Source: Nitrosopumilus sp. (GTDB taxonomy: Archaea > Thermoproteota > Nitrososphaeria > Nitrososphaerales > Nitrosopumilaceae). From it: DNA of 64,000 bases. A model generated the notes under the pieces. The model saw only the letters and a list, made by a program, of their open reading frames with translations, had not been told where the DNA came from and ran no database searches. The stretch lies in the NCBI GenBank assembly GCA_965238275.1, contig OZ250186.1, forward strand, positions 1 to 64,000, written 5' to 3'. A program made the translations under genes and the position numbers. Shown here in pieces: positions 62,194 through 64,000 of this stretch (positions are counted from its first letter, which is position 1; each line of letters starts with the position of its first letter).

Positions 62194-63075
62194 CTAAAAA
62201 TTGTAAAACGATTTTACCGAATCAACCATGGTGTCAAAACTAAAGTCACCCCCAAACGCGGTCTCTTCCAAACTTGTCCTCTTTCCTGTGTTCTTGAGCA
62301 TTGCGTCGAGCTGACTTATGCATTCGGCAGCATGGGATCGCGGATTTGAGTTGGGTTTTGTGCATTGTTTCTTAAACAATCCACGCACCTTTTTCATGTC
62401 CGGGTCGTTGTTCTTGAGCATCCTGAACGCGTCATACGCGTCAAAGTGGTTTCTCTGCCTCCCGCTTGAACCTATGATGAATAATTTCGTGGCAAGTTGT
62501 TCCTCCAAGGAGAGGTGTGTTACTTTGGGCTGCTCAAGCCCCAGCAACTCCAGATCGACGATCGTGTCTATCGGACCATATACCGGCTCATCAAAGACGC
62601 GGCATGTCTTGCACACTTCGATCTTTGGGATTTCTTTTATCTTGTACCGGCCCAGCGACTCTCGGTATCCCATTTTGATAAAACGCCACCTCTGGCTGTC
62701 CTGGGTGATTTTGATCGGCGTCGTGCATCCCCTCGACAACCCATACTGTATAATGTCGTCCTTCAGGCCACGCACGTGTCTAAAGGTGAACCCACCACGG
62801 CTATTGGGATCAAAATCCGCGTCAAACGAGAACCTGTGATCTGCCAGCGGCACGGCGCTCCTGACAGACAGCCCGCCCTTCAAGCTGAGTCTTTCTTTGT
62901 AATATCCGTCTTTCATGGCAGTGATCATGTACAGCATATCCAGCACGCACACTTCGGACAGGATGAATGGCGCGAATTCTTGCCTTGCAAACCGCTCATG
63001 GTACTCGTCTTTGACAATAGACAACGGATCGTCCAAGTTGATCAGTCTGTCATCAATAAAGAAAAAAATTCCCAA
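62194..63075 (-). CDS. AbiEii-family nucleotidyltransferase toxin
   Basis: LKGG...RFSFDADF motif, EE..A.K and R..FD.YD helix. Confidence 0.85.
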   Translation of the reverse strand: MGIFFFIDDRLINLDDPLSIVKDEYHERFARQEFAPFILSEVCVLDMLYMITAMKDGYYKERLSLKGGLSVRSAVPLADHRFSFDADFDPNSRGGFTFRHVRGLKDDIIQYGLSRGCTTPIKITQDSQRWRFIKMGYRESLGRYKIKEIPKIEVCKTCRVFDEPVYGPIDTIVDLELLGLEQPKVTHLSLEEQLATKLFIIGSSGRQRNHFDAYDAFRMLKNNDPDMKKVRGLFKKQCTKPNSNPRSHAAECISQLDAMLKNTGKRTSLEETAFGGDFSFDTMVDSVKSFYNF

Positions 63076-63078
63076 CTC

Positions 63079-63852
63079 TCAATTGCCGACAGCGCGGACC
63101 TCCTGTCTGTATGGCACTCCGTCCACCCACCGTGCCCGACAATCGTCTGCTTGCATGACAGACACGCGTCCAGGGCGCCTTTCAAAATACTTGCTCTTTT
63201 GCACGATGGCACCCATCAGGCCCACCAGCGGCGCGTGCGTGAATATGTGCATCTCTGCAGGACCCACCGGCGACCCGGACTCGTAGTGCTGTAGCCGACG
63301 AGCGTGCGGGCCACCCACGTACGAGGGTATCATTCTGAACAGGGCAGCGACGTCTCCGCTGGCGTCGATCCATGCCTTGACGGACTCCATGTATTCTTCA
63401 AGCCACGCGCGCGCCGATCCATCTTCTGCCGTTGCCGTAAAGTCTGTGACATTCACGAGACCAACATGCTCCATCCTCTTCAGTGCCAAGTATACCGCCT
63501 TCCTGCTAAAGTGCATGTCCTTTGCCAAATCTGCGGCCCTTCTGGGCGGACCGGTGGCAAGCACCAAGAAGAGGGCGTATGGGATTCTGTTTCCAAGTAC
63601 CTTAATCTGCGTACGGTTCACGCGCAACGGCATCGTTGACACGTGCAGGTTCGGGGGGCTCTCCACAAACGTACCGCGACTGCCTATGGTGCCTTCGTCT
63701 CTGAGCTTTGATTTAATTTGGTAGAAATACTTGCTGTATTTGGCATACCCCATCTTCGTGCCCATTTCTGGCGGCTTCTTCTGGGTCAGCAGGTGCCTCA
63801 TCTTGTAGATTCTTCGGATGGTATCGGCGTGCCGTATCTGTTCGTATAACAT
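63079..63852 (-). CDS. Winged-HTH protein, putative cognate type IV antitoxin
   Basis: AADLAKDMHFSRKAVYLALKRMEHVGLV HTH. Ends 3 nt before the toxin start. Confidence 0.7.
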   Translation of the reverse strand: MLYEQIRHADTIRRIYKMRHLLTQKKPPEMGTKMGYAKYSKYFYQIKSKLRDEGTIGSRGTFVESPPNLHVSTMPLRVNRTQIKVLGNRIPYALFLVLATGPPRRAADLAKDMHFSRKAVYLALKRMEHVGLVNVTDFTATAEDGSARAWLEEYMESVKAWIDASGDVAALFRMIPSYVGGPHARRLQHYESGSPVGPAEMHIFTHAPLVGLMGAIVQKSKYFERRPGRVSVMQADDCRARWVDGVPYRQEVRAVGN

Positions 63853-63867
63853 ATGTGTAATAAGTAG

Positions 63868-63891
63868 ACCGAACTAATATAAAGATTCGGT
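63868..63891 (-). promoter_or_regulatory. TATA box enclosed by inverted repeat ACCGAA-N12-TTCGGT (putative autoregulatory operator)
   Basis: TTTATA on the minus strand about 25-30 nt before ATG 63852, inside a perfect 6-bp inverted repeat. Confidence 0.5.
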
Positions 63892-64000
63892 ACAGAAAAG
63901 AAACATACGTGATCCTGAAAGTAGCATGCACTTTCTTGGCCCCCGAATGAGTGGCGTAGAATCGCGATACGCGATCAGTCAGCACTGACGTTAGATATGT

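Larger units (their letters stand above)
59964..64000. mobile_element. Left part of a putative integrative element or defence island (boundaries uncertain)
   Basis: Integrase, direct repeats, an AbiE-like pair and a shift to CG-dinucleotide-rich codons. No att site seen. Confidence 0.6.

Overview
Chromosomal segment of an ammonia-oxidising archaeon (Nitrososphaerota, Nitrosopumilaceae-like). Evidence: an unsplit rpoA (A'+A''), PEFG-CTERM and CFI-box-CTERM surface proteins, a two-domain multicopper oxidase/ZIP pair and an S-layer paralog. GC-rich coding and decayed intergenic DNA suggest a host-associated lineage, which is inference only. The core is housekeeping: sod, pckA, ribosomal proteins, spt5/secE, alaS, leuS, rpoH/B/A, nusA, a two-intron tRNA-Gln(CTG), mdh and larB/C/E with iscS. 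Accessory DNA includes a thermonuclease pseudogene at the left edge, TnpB remnants, a complete single-ORF IS66 with an 8-bp target duplication, and the start of an integrative element at the right edge (atypical tyrosine recombinase, iteron-like repeats, AbiE-like toxin-antitoxin pair). The most striking structure is two different IS481-family elements stacked at one 17-bp site, each with a 15-bp target duplication, forming a repeat-IS-repeat-IS-repeat array. All calls are from manual motif reading; no database searches were run, and several start codons are refined by judgement.
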